Positions 35,658 through 49,119 of a stretch of 64,000 nt of DNA are shown here, piece by piece. How positions within the stretch are numbered: position 1 is the first letter of the stretch; each line of letters opens with the position of its first letter. The translations under genes were made by a program, and so were the position numbers. Where the stretch lies: assembly GCF_006345805.1 (NCBI RefSeq), contig NW_021832435.1:53392-117391 (forward strand), read 5' to 3'. The DNA is from Octopus sinensis. Lineage: Eukaryota. A model generated the notes under the pieces. The model ran no database searches. It saw only the letters and a program-made list of their open reading frames with translations, and was not told where the DNA came from.

Positions 35658-36380
35658 TGGGTGTGTATATAATGTATGTGTTGTATGTATGTATATATGT
35701 GTATATAATGTATGTGTTGTGTATGTGTATAATGTATGTATATATTTATGCCTAAACTTAACGACAATTTGAATTATGTTTTCAACTTTAGGCCATTTAT
35801 TTTAAGAAATTAATGGAAAAAATAAACTCCAACTTCAGTCGTTTTATTTGACTTCACATTATTCTTAGAAAACATTTAAAACCATAAAAAAATGAAAAAA
35901 ACAAAAGAAAAAATGAAAACAGCTTAAAAAGAAATTCTGAAGTGGAAAAATCAAATAAAACATGGGAAAATATGTACAAAATATTTATTAAACGTTAATT
36001 AGATATGATATAGGCTAATAAAATTTTTTAAAAATGTTTTTTGCATATTAAGTCGTTTCCTGAGTTATGTCGTATGTCTTGGAACCAATTGCTGGCATAA
36101 GCTCTGTGTGTGTGTGAGTATGTGTGTGTGTGTGTATACAGGGATGTGGTGAAGACGTTGGCTGGTGACTTGAAGATTATTGCTGCCAAGTAGAAGATCT
36201 GTACCATGAGACAAAGGTTGGGCGTCACCTAGAAAGTGAGATGCTATTGCGGAGCAGCTTTGTCATCGACCATACTCGTTGCACTCTTGTACTCCGCTTG
36301 GTACCTGGCTGTGGAGGCCCAGAGGCGGTCTGGTGGGGCTTGATGCCAACTACCTTACTCACCATCCAAGGTATTTTAGA

Positions 36381-36614
36381 AGGCGGCGAACTGGAGAAAA
36401 ACGTTAGCACACAGGGCGAAATGCTTAGCGGTATTTCGTCTGCCGTTATGTTCTGAGTTCAAATTCCGCCGAGGTCGACTTTGCCTGTCATCCTTTCGGG
36501 GTCGATAAATTAAGTACCAGTTACGCACTGGGGTCAATGTAATCGACTTAATCCGTTTGTCTGTCCTTGTTTGTCCCCTCTGTGTTTAGCCCCTTGTGGG
36601 TAGTAAAGAAATAG
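36381..36614 (+). mobile_element. SINE family B monomer
   Basis: Near-consensus copy. Confidence 0.9.
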
Positions 36615-37143
36615 GTATTTTATTCAGAGAAGTGAGAAGCCTTGTGGCGATGGAATAAATGTGATGGCAGCTGGTGTAAGTAGCATACTGTCAGCTCCTT
36701 CTATCTCTTCTAAATGAACAGAACAGTCAACATCGTCTTATGATGGATGGCTGTCATCACTGATACATATATAATGAATGCGCTAATGGAAAATAGAAAC
36801 GGATCACCAAAGCCTCACCAGTTATTGGCCAGAGGGCCAAACTCATTTCGTGATTTCCTTCTGGTGGTGCCGGCAGCAATAACCTACCGGCAAATGGCAA
36901 GCCCAGTGACCAAGAAACCAAATATGACAGAAAGTGATCAAACAAGAAATGAATCAATATACAATACAGATAGTGAACATACAAACATGAATTAAGGGAA
37001 AAAAATTCAAGACAAGACCATTTGTGAACTGACAAGGGACAACAATGAAAACAAACCTGGCTTTGCATTTAGGAATGCTTTACCTCATCAGTGGAATATA
37101 CACAGAGAGAAACATAAATACATATATATATAAATACATTTTA

Positions 37144-37176
<33 letters not shown>

Positions 37177-37179
37177 ATA

Positions 37180-37544
37180 CTAGCTGTATCGCCCGGCGTT
37201 GCTTGGGTTTGTAAGGGAAATAACTATATAAGCATTTTTAGAGAGTTATAGCAAAAAAATGCACTAAAAATGGGAAAAAAATTATGGTAAATTTTTTTAA
37301 ATCGTTGACTCATCGCAGACATTTTTATAGAGTTACTTCCCCTTATATAATAGCGGAAAAAATGCATTAAAATGGAAAAAAATGATGGTAAATTTTTTTT
37401 AAAATTGTAGACTCATCGTAGATGCGCGCTAATACCCAGAAGGGCTCGATATGAATCACGACTATAAGATACGCAAAATGTGGGAGTAGTTAGGAATCTA
37501 AATCGTAGGAGACAGACACACAACCTTACTTTTATATATAAAGA
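37180..37544 (-). mobile_element. Non-autonomous Helitron
   Basis: Minus strand begins A|TC (37544), ends in a GC hairpin plus CTAG|T (37180); internal ~120-bp duplication; sits in (TA)n. Confidence 0.8.
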
Positions 37545-38035
37545 TATATATAATCATGTTCTGTCCTATTAGCAAGACACTATTTAAATATTGATTGTAA
37601 TGTAAAATGCTGTCTCACTTGTGCGTTTGCAACCCTCTCTCTCTCTGTCTCTGTCTGGAATGAATTAATTCATTTTGTAAATTTCCAAGGTTTTGTGCAC
37701 TTTTAACGCGGCAAATCATTTTAGCAGGCCGTCAATGAAATACTTCTTAATTATTTAATTCTCTCGATCAAATTGTTTCAAATTATTATTACTGTAAATA
37801 TCCATATATACCTCAAACCATACAGCACATTAATTAATTCTGTTGGTGCATGTGTAAATATTGAGTTTAGCCCCGAAGAAATTCTCATGGCTTGAAATTC
37901 ATACATGTGTGTGTATTTTCACACACACACACACACATGCTCTGCTTTGCTCTTTGAGGCTCTCAGTCAGTGTGTGTTAAATTAGTTGGTGTTTTATTTA
38001 AAGACTGCACCTGGCATTTTTATGTATTTATATAT

Positions 38036-38428
38036 TCTCTTTTATTCTTTTACTTGTTTCAGTCATTTGACTGTGGCCATGCTGGAACACCACCTTTAGT
38101 CGAGCAAATCAACTCCAGGACTTATTCTTTGGAAACCTAGTACTTTATTCTATCGATCTCTTTTGCCGTATCGCTAGGTTACAGGGATGTAAACACACCA
38201 GCATTGGTTGTCAAGCAATGTTGGTGGGAGGACAAACACACACACACACACACACATATATATACGATGGGCTTCTTTCAGTTTCTGTCTACCAAATCCT
38301 CTCACAAAGCTTTGGTCGGCCCAAGGTTATAGTAGAAGACACTTGCCCAAGGTGTCACACAGTTGGACTGAACCTGGAATCATGTGGTTGGTAAGCAAGC
38401 TACTTACCACACAGCCACTCCTGCACCT
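38036..38428 (-). mobile_element. SINE family A
   Basis: Reverse-complement copy. Confidence 0.87.
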
Positions 38429-39524
38429 ATATATATATTTTTTTAAAATTGTTTTAGTCATTCAACTGTTTCCATGCTGAATGAATCGACCCCTGTACTT
38501 ATTTTTTGACCTGTTACTTATTCTGTCTGTATCTATGCTGAACTGCTAAGTTATGGGGATGTAAACAAACCCACACCGGTCATCAAATTGTAGTGGGACA
38601 CACACACACATGCATTGACTGAACCCCGAACCATATGGTTGGGAAACAAGTAACTGTTTTGGTAGGATTTTTACAGCTGAATACCCTTCCTAACACCAAC
38701 CACTCAGCTGAGTGGACTTAGTGCTTTTTACGTGGTGCAAGCACAGACGAAGTCAGTTTTGACAATGTTTTTACAGCTGGATGTCCTTCCAAATGCCAAT
38801 GACTTTACAGTATGAACCGGGTGCTTTTAAGTGGCACTAACATTGGCAGGACCACCAAGTAACTTGCAAGACTCAAAGAAAGATATATCAAATAAAAGCA
38901 TCCAGTCCACACTGTAAAGTGGTTGGCATTTGGAAGGGCATCCAGCTGTAAAAAATCATGCCAGATCTAAACTCGCCTATGCTAGTGCCATGTAAAAAGC
39001 ACTGAGTCCACTCAGCAGAGTGGTTGGTGTTCGGAAGGGCATCCAGCTGTGAAAAACCCTGCTAAAACAGACACTGTAGCCTTGGGTAGTTTTTCTACCT
39101 GGCCAACTCCTGTCAATCCTCCTACCCATGCATGCATGGAAAATGGACATTAAATGATGATGATGATGATGATGATGATACCAGTCCACACAGTTGTAAA
39201 CGGGTAGCCCTGCAATGAACTATCTTTCTGATTAGAGGGCATGTTGGCCTGCTCACTTCGTCAGCTGGGTGGCATCATTTGAAAGCACAAAACGATGCAA
39301 AGTGCATTTGACTAGCGATATATAACATCCAATAGTCTGGTCGATCATGGGGTGACATATATATATATATGTGTACCTGTGTGTGTGTGTGTATTTAATC
39401 CATAATCATTAGTCCAACAAAATGTTCTGCTTTGCCTACTGCTCATCCCCAAAGAGTCATAGGTAGATTAACAATTACGGATTAAATCTTTTTATTTTTA
39501 CCTCTTTTTCTGTCCATCAACATA

Positions 39525-39845
39525 CATATGTATATATGCATATATATAATATATATATATATATATATGCTATGCATATATATATGCATATATATATGCT
39601 ATGCATATATATATATATATATATATATATGCTATGCATATATATGCATATATATATATATGCTATGCATATATATATGCATATATATATATGCTATGCA
39701 TATATATATGCATATTATATATATGCTATGCATATATATATGCATATATATATATATATGCTATGCATATATATATATAGCTATGCATATATATGCATAT
39801 ATATATATATATATGCTATGCATATATATATGCTATGCATATATA
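39525..39845. repeat. (gctatgcatatatatat)n palindrome-rich minisatellite
   Basis: Repeated gctatgcata(ta)n units. Confidence 0.92.
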
Positions 39846-40343
39846 GACAAAGTACTTAGGTCTGTCTATACATATGGACTGAATCAGTCCTAATTGTATT
39901 ATTGGTTACTCTGCAAGGATACCAAGTCAATCAATTAACGACCAACACTAATATCATCTCATCAAAAGGATGACTATCAGGTGCCATGGAAACGGTGATG
40001 GGTGCAGGATCAGTCATGTGGATCCGAGCCATCTCAGCCCAGTGATGCTGATACGTTTACAGTTTTTGGCTAGAAATCAATGGATGTTGTTATAGTACAG
40101 TGTTGAAACAAAATATACTGTTAATGCATTCGTAATTAATTAATCTGTTTCTCCACAGCTATCTTCATCACCAATCTACCTGTCTGTCTGATTAATATAG
40201 GTGGTTTTTAAGTAATTAAAAACAGCAGACTTTTATTCTAAGTAAAGAACTCAATACACGATGTCTTTTAACTTTGCTTCTTTCATTGGACTGTGGCCAT
40301 ACTGGGGCAGCCACCTGAGGGGTCTACACCAGTGGTTCTCAAC

Positions 40344-40577
40344 ATAAGGCGGCGAGCTGGCAAAATCGTTAGCACGCCGGGCGAAATGCTTAGCGGTATT
40401 TCGTCTGCGTTACGTTGTGAGTTCGAATTCCGCCGAGGTCGTCTTTGCCCTTCATCCTTTCGGGGTCGATAAATTAAGTACCAATTACGCACTGGGGTCG
40501 ATGTAATCGACTTAATACCTATGTCTGTCCTTGTTTGTCCCCTCTGTGTTTAGCCCCTTGTGGGTAATAAAGAAATA
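40344..40577 (+). mobile_element. SINE family B with 10-bp TSD, inserted in a hAT-like terminus
   Basis: ggttctcaac at 40334-40343 and 40578-40587; the reconstructed host reads cagtggttctcaactggg. Confidence 0.85.
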
Positions 40578-40663
40578 GGTTCTCAACTGGGATCCATGTG
40601 ACCCTTAGGGTCCCACATTTTGTTATAATACATGTGCAATAAAGTGGCTATATTTCTGCAAGG

Positions 40664-41075
40664 GGCAGGCATGGCTGTGTGGTAAGAAGCTGACTTCCCA
40701 ACCACATGGTTCCGGGTTCGTGTGTGTGTCTCGTTGCGTCTGTTTGCCCACCCCCCTACTTCCCAATCGCTGCTTGACAACCAGTGTTGGTGTGTTTATG
40801 TCCCCGTAACGAAGCAGTTTGGCAAATGAGGCCAATAGAATAAGTATTGATCTTTGAAAGGAAATAAGTTCTGGGGGTCAGTTTGTTTGACTGCTGGAGC
40901 ACCGCCCTTAGTCGAGCAAATCGACCCCAGGATTTATTCTTTGTAAACCTAGTACTTATTCTATCGGTTTCTCTTTTGCCGAACCACTAAGTTACGGGGA
41001 CATAAACACACCAGCATCTGTTGTCAAGTGATGGGGGGGGAGGAAAAATACAGACACACAAACACACACACACAC

Positions 41076-41113
<38 letters not shown>

Positions 41114-41285
41114 CATATATACAACGGGCTTCTTTCAGTTTCTGTCTGCCAAATCCACTCACAAAGACTTTGGTCAGTCCAAGGCTATTGTAGAAGACAC
41201 TTGCCCAAGGTGCCACGCAGTGGGTCTGTAACCAGAACCCTGTGGTTCATAAGCAAGCTACTTACCACACAGCCACTCTGACGCC
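40664..41285. mobile_element. Two SINE A copies fused tail-to-tail
   Basis: + copy to about 40890, immediately followed by a - copy. Confidence 0.8.
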
Positions 41286-41598
41286 CATGTATAATGTTTT
41301 TATCACAATTCAAAATCTCGGTAATAATTTTATTGCTTAATCTAAATGTGTGGCAATAAAAACCTGCTGAATCTGAGATCAGCAGAAAATTAATACCATC
41401 ATAAATTCAAACTTGGTTTGTTTGTCTACATCCTTCAAAGCTTATTATAAAACTATGGTTTCAATTCCTGGGCTCTGTGATGCATCGTGTTCTTGAGCAA
41501 GACGCTTCATTCATTTCATGTTGTTCCAGTCTGCTGGTCTATTTGCAAAAACGAGTCATCCTGCAATAGACCAACATCCTGTCCCGGGTGGGAATATA

Positions 41599-42347
41599 TA
41601 TTTCTTTACTACCCACAAGGGGCTAAACATAGAGGGGACAAACAAGGACAGACAAAGGGATTAGGTCGATTACATCGACCCCAGTGCGAAACAGGTACTT
41701 TATTTATCAACCCCGAAAGGATGAAAGGCAAAGTCGACCTCAGCGGAATTTGAACTCAGAACGTAGTGGCGAACGAAATACCTATTTCTTTACTACCCAC
41801 AAGGGGCTAAACATAGAGGGGACAAACAAGGACAGACAAAGGGATTAGGTCGATTACATCGATCCCAGTGCGAAACAGGTACTTTATTTATCAACCCTGA
41901 AAGGATGAAAGGTAAAGTCGACCTCAACGGAATTTGAACTCAGAACGTAGTGGCGAACGAAATACCTATTTCTTTACTACCCACAAGGGGCTAAACATAG
42001 AGGGGACAAACAAGGACAGACAAAGGGATTAGGTCAATTACATCGATCCCAGTGCGTAACTGGTACTTTATTTATCAACCCCGAGAGGATGAAAGGCAAA
42101 GTTGAACTCAGAACGTAGCGGCGAACGAAATACCTATTTTTTTACTACCCACAAGGGGCTAAACAAAGACAGGCAAAGGGATTAGGTCGATTACATCGAC
42201 CCCCAGTGCGAAGCAGGTACTTTATCGACCCCGAGAGGATGAAAGGCAAAGTTGACCTCAGCGGAATTTGAACTCAGAACGTAACGGGAGAAGAAATACT
42301 GCTAAGCATTTCGCCCAGTGTGCTAACGTCTCTGCCAGCTCTCCGCC
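41599..42347 (-). mobile_element. SINE family B tetramer (one headed plus three head-less units)
   Basis: Unit starts at 41599, 41783, 41967 and 42135; junction gaaatacc|tatttctttactacc. Confidence 0.9.
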
Positions 42348-43059
42348 TTATATATATATGGTGTATATATTCCAGGTGAGAATATATACACCACAGAGTC
42401 AAGGAAACCGGTCTTATGAGCCTGTGGCTCGGGAAGACACTTTGGGTCCTTTTTTTTTTCCCTATCATTTTAATGTTCCCTTTTCCATTGCTTGCATTAG
42501 TTGTATGAGGCTTTGGTGAGGCAGAATTGTCTATGGCTGGATGCTTTTCCTGTTGCTAACCCTTTACTTGTTTCCAAGCAAGATAATATTTCCTCTTGTT
42601 TGTTCAGCAATGAACAGCCTGGACGTTCTTTATCTTTTACATGTTTCAGTCATTGGACTGTGGCCATGCTGGGGCACTGCCTCGAAAGATTTAGTCAAAC
42701 AAATCACACTCAGTGCTTATTTTAGTTTTTTTTTTTTTTAAGCTTAGTACTTGTTTTATCAACCTCTTCTGCTGAACCACTGTTATGGAGATGTAAACAA
42801 ACCAACACCAGTTAGCAAATGATATGGGACAAACACAAGCATAAAGACTCACACACATAGATACACTCACACACACACACACATATATGATGGTTTCAGT
42901 CTACCAAATCTACCGACAAGGCAGGTTTTGGTTGGGCCAGGGCTACAGTAGAAAATACTTGCCCCAGGTGTCACTGGATTGCAAACACATGACCCCATTT
43001 GATAACCCCTGTTCCTCTCTCCCCTGTCTCTTTGTCTGTCTGTCTCTCTGTCTCCTGCC

Positions 43060-43580
43060 CACTCTCATGCCTTCTCTCTCTCTTTCTCACCCTTTCTCTC
43101 TTCCGCCAACTCTCTCCTCCGCCAACTCTTCCTCTCCTCCACCAACTCTCTTTCCTCCGCCAACTCTCTTTCCTCCGCCAACTCTCTTTCCTCCGCCAAC
43201 TCTCTCTCCTCCGCCAACTCTCTCTCCTCCACCTCTCTCCTCCATCAGCTCTCTCCTCCATCAGCTCTCTCCTCCATCAGCTCTCTCCTCCACCAACTCT
43301 CTCTCCTCCACCAACTCTCTCTCCTCCGCCAACTCTCTCTCCTCCACCAACTCTCTCTCCTCCGCCAGCTCTCTCTCCTCCGCCAGCTCTCTCCTCCGCC
43401 AGCTCTCTCCTCCGCCAGCTCTCTCCTCCGCCAGCTCTCTCTCCTCCGCCAGCTCTCTCCTCCGCCAGCTCTCTCCTCCGCCAGCTCTCTCCTCCGCCAA
43501 TTCTCTCCTCCACCAGCTCTCTCCTCCGCCTGCTCTCTCCTCCACAACTCTCTCTCCTCTCTCTCTCTCTCCTCCACCAA
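43060..43580. repeat. Pyrimidine minisatellite (ccgcca[a/g]ctctctctcct)n
   Basis: 16-18-bp units over about 520 bp. Confidence 0.95.
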
Positions 43581-44121
43581 TTCTTTCCATTCAAAAACGA
43601 AGAACGAACACATTTCTAAGCACTAAGCCATTATGAGTTCCGTTAATTAATTTCATTAGTTTGATTTTCTAAGGTTTTGTGTACTTTTGCACGTGGTCAA
43701 TCAGTTGAACAGGCTATATGCGAAATGACTTCTTAATTATTTAATTACTAATCTAACTGTTTGGAATTATTTGTGCAAATATTTGCATAATGCACCACAC
43801 AGTTGATTAAATATCTATGTATACATACACTAAAACAAATTGGTTTTATTCTGAATTCATATTCACGAATGATGGAAATAAATCTTATCAGGTAGGTGTT
43901 CATACATATCATCATCATCGTGTTTCTCTATGCTGGCATGGGTTGGACGGTTTTGCAGGATCTGGTAAGCTGCAGGGCTGCTTTGTGCGCCATCTCTGTT
44001 CTGGCATGGTTTTCATGGTTGGATGTCCTTCCTAGTGCCAACCACTTTTCAGCATGTAAAGCGTAAAGACCCCCCTACAATTGTGAATGACCATGGGATT
44101 GCACTTAGAAAGTTCCCCTCT

Positions 44122-44551
44122 TCTTTCTTTTTTTCTTTCTTTATTGCACACCAAGGGGCTAAACATATGGGGGACAAACAAGGACTGACAAAGGGATTGA
44201 GTCGATTACTTCAACTCCAGTGTGTAACTGGTACTTAATTTATCAATCCCGAAAGGATGAAGAGCAAAGTCGACCTCAGCTGAATTTGAACTCAGCACGT
44301 AATGGCAGACGAAATACCTATTTCTTTACTCCTCACAAGGGGCTAAACATAGAGGGGACAAACAAGGACAGACAAACGGATTAAGTCGATAACATCGACC
44401 CCAGTGTGTAACTGGTACTTAATTTATCGAACCCAAAAGGATGAAAGGCAAAGTCGACCTCAGCGGAATTTGAACTCAGAACGTAGCGGCAGACGAAATA
44501 CCGGTATGCATTTCGCCCAGCATGCTAACGTTTCTGCCAGCTCGCCGCTTT
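44122..44551 (-). mobile_element. SINE family B dimer with 17-bp TSD
   Basis: ttagaaagttcccctct at 44105-44121 and 44552-44568. Confidence 0.9.
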
Positions 44552-44678
44552 TTAGAAAGTTCCCCTCTGGACACAAATCCAGGTATGGTTGTTCATGGAA
44601 GACCAACAGTCGCCCGTGCATACCAGCTTCCCCTCTCCATGCCACCGATGTTATCCAAGGAAAAGGCAAAAGCCAATA

Positions 44679-45627
44679 CAGTAATCCCTCGCCATATCGC
44701 GGTTTATTATTTAAGCTTACATCGATTCCTCTGTGGGCATTTACAATAAAATAAATATAAAGTAAACAGAAAATGGAGAAATATTGATCGTCAACAATTG
44801 ACTTACATCAATTCTTATTTTTAAATTCAATACAAGTCGACTGAAGTCTGCTTGTATTGAATTAAAAAATAAGAATTGATGTAAGTCAGTTGTTGATGAT
44901 CAATATTTTTCCATTTTCTGTTTACTTTAAATTTGATTCCTGATAAACTCATGTTTACCTTTGTCATTACCTGTAATCTGTGCATATAATAAGTTTGCAT
45001 ATGTATGTCCAGGGTTAACATAGGTATAGGTGTAGGAGTGGGTGTGTGGTAAGTAGCTTGCTTACGAAGCATGTGGTTCTGTTTCAGTCCTACTGTGTGG
45101 CACCTTCGGCAAGTGTCTTCTACTGTAGCCTCGGGCCGACCAAAGCCTTGTGAGTGGATTTGGTAGACAGAAACTGAAAGAAGCCCGTCGTATATATGTG
45201 TGTATATATATATATGTATGTATGTATGTGTGTGTATATTTTTGTGTGTCTGTGTTTGTCCCTCCAACATCGCTTGACAACTGCTGCTGGTGTGTTTACA
45301 TCCCCTTAACTTAGTGCTTCAGCAAAGAATAAGTCCTGGGGTCGATGTGCTCAACTAAAGGCGGTACTCCAGCATGGCCACAGTCAATGACTGAAACAAG
45401 TAAAAGAGTAATAGGTAATTATACTGGTAGTACAATGGATACTTTTATCCTTTAGATGGTTATTTTAGCCTCTAACTCTACAAACCTTTAATAAAATAAA
45501 TATATGCAAATTCTAAAAGTAATTAAAAAAATATATACAGTAAAGTATTGTTTCTACTTGGTGGATTTTCACCTATTGCGGGTTGTGGCTTTGGAATGCA
45601 ACACCTGCAATAGTCGAGGGATTACTG
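44679..45627. mobile_element. pogo/Tigger-type non-autonomous element with nested insertions
   Basis: TA-CAGTAATCCCTCG ... CGAGGGATTACTG-TA; short relative at about 63575-63760; contains a palindrome (44758-44929) and a SINE A (about 45025-45410). Confidence 0.8.
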
Positions 45628-46868
45628 TACAACTTGGCACCAGTGATGATGCAATTCATTTCTACAGCTGAGTAAACTGGAACAAGGTGAAATAAAGTGT
45701 CTTGCTCAAGAACACAACACACAGTCTGGTGCGGAAATTGAACTCACTACCTCATGATTGTGAGCCTGACACTGTAAACACAGAGCCATGCACCTTCACA
45801 TGTGCTGAGTGCTTTTTTTTTGTGCCGCTAGCACTACTGTGGTTGCTAAGTGACTTGTTTCAGTCATTGGACTGCTGCTATTTTGAGGCTCCACCCTGAA
45901 GGGTTTTGTCGAAGAAATGTACCCTAGTACCTTTTGAAGTCTGGTGCTTGTTCTGTTGATCTCTTTTTGTCTAATTGCTAAGTTATAGGAACATAAACAA
46001 ACTAATACCAATTGTCAAGCAGTGCAAGTAGAATCAGACACACACACACACCTGTTTTGTGTGCTATTCTGTCTGTCTACCCTATCTGTCTACCTGCAAG
46101 ACACTTTATTTCACATTGCTCCAGTTCACTCAGCTGTAGAAATAAGTTATGACATCACTGGTGCCAAGCTGTATCGGCTCCTTTGCCTTTCCCTTGGATA
46201 ACATTGGTGGCGTGGAAAGGGGAGGCTGATATGCATGGGTGACTTCTGGCCTTCCATAAACACCCTTGCTCAGACTTGTGCCTTGGAGAATAACTTTCTT
46301 GGTGCAATCCGATGGTCATTCATGACCGAAAAGGGTCCTTACATTTGACAGAATAATCTGAATGCTAAAGGGGTTAATGATATACTTTGAAGTAAATTCA
46401 GCTATGAATTGTGCTAAAAAACCCCTTTAATGTAAAAAAAAAAAAAAAAAATGAAAACAAAAAAGAAATTAGTAACACCAAGTCCTGCTAGCAATTTTCC
46501 ACTTATTTTCAATCTAAGGAGTTATTAACTCTATAAGCTAATACTTACAGCTAAACTCACTTTGAAATACATTGTTGATAGAGACTTATTTACATATTTC
46601 TTTTTGGTTCTACTGTTATATTCTGAATCTGAACAGAATTAGTAATAAATTCCAAATGCAATTTTCTCCTTTAGTTTTGTGAACAACACTATTCTGTAAG
46701 CAATGTTCAAAGAGTCCATTGGTCGTCTACTTTTTAGGCCTTTAGCGTTGATAGTATTCTGTGAAAGGTATTGCTTGCTTAGTCACTTTGTTTCCATTTA
46801 ATCATGCTTTGAGATTTCCACGATGTGAGTGTTTATTTTTAGGATGTCATTGTAGGTTAGGGTATGAA

Positions 46869-47236
46869 AGGCGGCAAGCTGGCAAAATTGTTAGCACGCT
46901 GGGCGAAATGCTAAGCGGTATTTTGTCTGCCGCTATGTTCTGAGTTCAAATTCCACCAAGGTCGATTTTGCCTTTCATCCTTTCGGGGTCGATAAATTAA
47001 GTACCAGTCACGCACTGGGGTCGATGTAATCGACTTAATCCGTTTGTCTGTCTTTGTTTGTCCTCTCTCTGTTTGGCCCCTTGTGGGTAGTAAAGAAATA
47101 GGGATTTCGTCTGCCGCTACGTTCTGAGTTCAAATTCCGCCGAGGTCGACATTGCCTTTCATCCTTTCAGGTTTGATAAATATAGTACCAGTTACGCACT
47201 GGGCTTGATGTAATCGACGCAATCCCTTTGTCTGTC
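46869..47236 (+). mobile_element. SINE family B, headed unit plus truncated head-less unit
   Basis: Junction aaagaaatagggatttcgtctgccg at about 47100. Confidence 0.85.
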
Positions 47237-47453
47237 ACTTGGAATGCTGCTTCATGAAGGTCACCATTAGCTCCCACTGTGCACACAACTGTGTGCTGCC
47301 ATCTGTTGGCATGCTACAAAACTAGTTCAGGAACTCTTTGTCATCACTTTGTACCTTGAAACCGGCCATGTTTTTTTGCCTCATGATGATAGCAGGACCG
47401 TTCAAGCAGGCGCATTTAACATAGACTAGTTTCATTAACATTTTATATATTTA

Positions 47454-47811
47454 CTAGCACTATGACCTGGCAACGCCAGGTCATAGTGCTAGTGCATGCA
47501 TATACAGCTGCATGCGTGCGCACATACACGCGAGTACTGTCCAAATCTCTGACCAACCACATACAGCTAGCTTTCATTCAATTGGCTTATCAAGTTTCGG
47601 GCATTTTGATTGGGTTTTGGATAGAAAATTTACAAAAAAGGCACTTCTATTGATTTTTTTAATGGCTTTGCAGGGTGACTGAGGAAATGTAAAGATGTGC
47701 ATGACCACCTTTGGACGGTTTTGAATGACCATAGAAAGTGTGAGCCCTCTCACTAAAAAATTGTGGATTTGTATAAAGGACACACACACAGACATTTTGC
47801 CGTTTATATTA
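47454..47811 (-). mobile_element. Helitron-like element with a perfect terminal hairpin
   Basis: 19-bp perfect stem at 47453-47493 with CTAG ends; opposite end abuts a SINE A. Confidence 0.6.
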
Positions 47812-48221
47812 CTCTTTACTCTTTTACTTGTTTCAGTCATTTGACTGCGGCCATGCTGGAGCACCGCCTTTAATTGAGCAAATCGACCCTGGGACTTATT
47901 CTTTGTAAGCCCAGTACTTATTCTGTCAGTCTCTTTTGCCGAAGCGCTAAGCGACAGGGACGCAAACACACCAGCATCGGTTGTCAAGCAATGCTAGGGG
48001 GACAAACACAGACACACAACACACACACACACACACACATACATATATATACACATATACGACAGGCTTCTTTCAGTTTCCGTCTACCAAATCCACTCAC
48101 AAGGCATTGGTCGGCCCGGGGCTATAGCAGAAGACACTTGCCCAAGATGCCACACAGTGGGACTGAACCCGGAACCATGTGGTTGGTTAGCAAGCTACTT
48201 ACCACACAGCCACTCCTGCGC
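47812..48221 (-). mobile_element. SINE family A, full length
   Basis: Consensus-like copy. Confidence 0.92.
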
Positions 48222-48515
48222 ATATATATATATATATATTATATATATATAGGTGTAGGAGTGGCTGAGTGGCTTTGCATTGGTTTAGCCTCCAAATGAT
48301 GCCACCCCGCTGGCCAAGCGAGCAGGCCAACAGAAGAAAGAGTGAGAGAAAGTTGTGGCGAAAGAGTACAGCGGAGATCGCCACCATCCCCTGCCGTAGC
48401 CTTGAGGAGCTTTAGGTGTTTTCGCTCAATAAACACTCACAACACCTGGTCTGGGAATCGAAACCGCAGTTCTTCGACCACGAGTCTGCTGCCCTAACCA
48501 CTGGGCCATTGCGCC

Positions 48516-48568
<53 letters not shown>

Positions 48569-49066
48569 TTATGACAAATTTATTCACACCTAATACAGGT
48601 TTATTGAGCAGCCATGTAGAAACTCATTCAATAGTTTCTTTTCATTCATTTGAACTGTCACAGATTAAGTCCTGTTTTACAACTTACTTTGTTATGGTGT
48701 TTTGTCAAACCTCCATTTATGCATTCATTCTTTCTCTCTCATACACTCACACACACCCTTCTTCTCCACCCACCTTTATCTCTCAAATCTGAAAGCAGAT
48801 AATAAACCTGTATAATATTATTAGTTCTATATCATTAACTTCCAATTGTGGTCTTATTTAAGTGATTCTTGGTTTTGTTGATCCGCTTCTTGTATTATTA
48901 TTATTATTATTATTATTATCATTATTACTATTATTACATTTGTATAAATTTATATAGGTCTGCTTTTATGTTTTCTTGTGTGTGTGTGGGTGTGTGTATG
49001 TATGTATGTATGTATGTATGTATGTATTATATATATATATATATTATATATATATATATAATATAT

Positions 49067-49119
<53 letters not shown>

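Noticed and set aside
36747-36995. 82-aa ORF MAVITDTY..
   Set aside because: No recognisable domain, no supporting splice or promoter context.
41599-42347. Regularly spaced repeats resembling a CRISPR array
   Set aside because: Units are whole SINE bodies without unique spacers, in eukaryotic context with no cas genes.
42887-43636. 249-aa Ser/Pro-rich ORF and overlapping ORFs in several frames
   Set aside because: Produced by the ctctctcctccgcca minisatellite and open in multiple frames on both strands.
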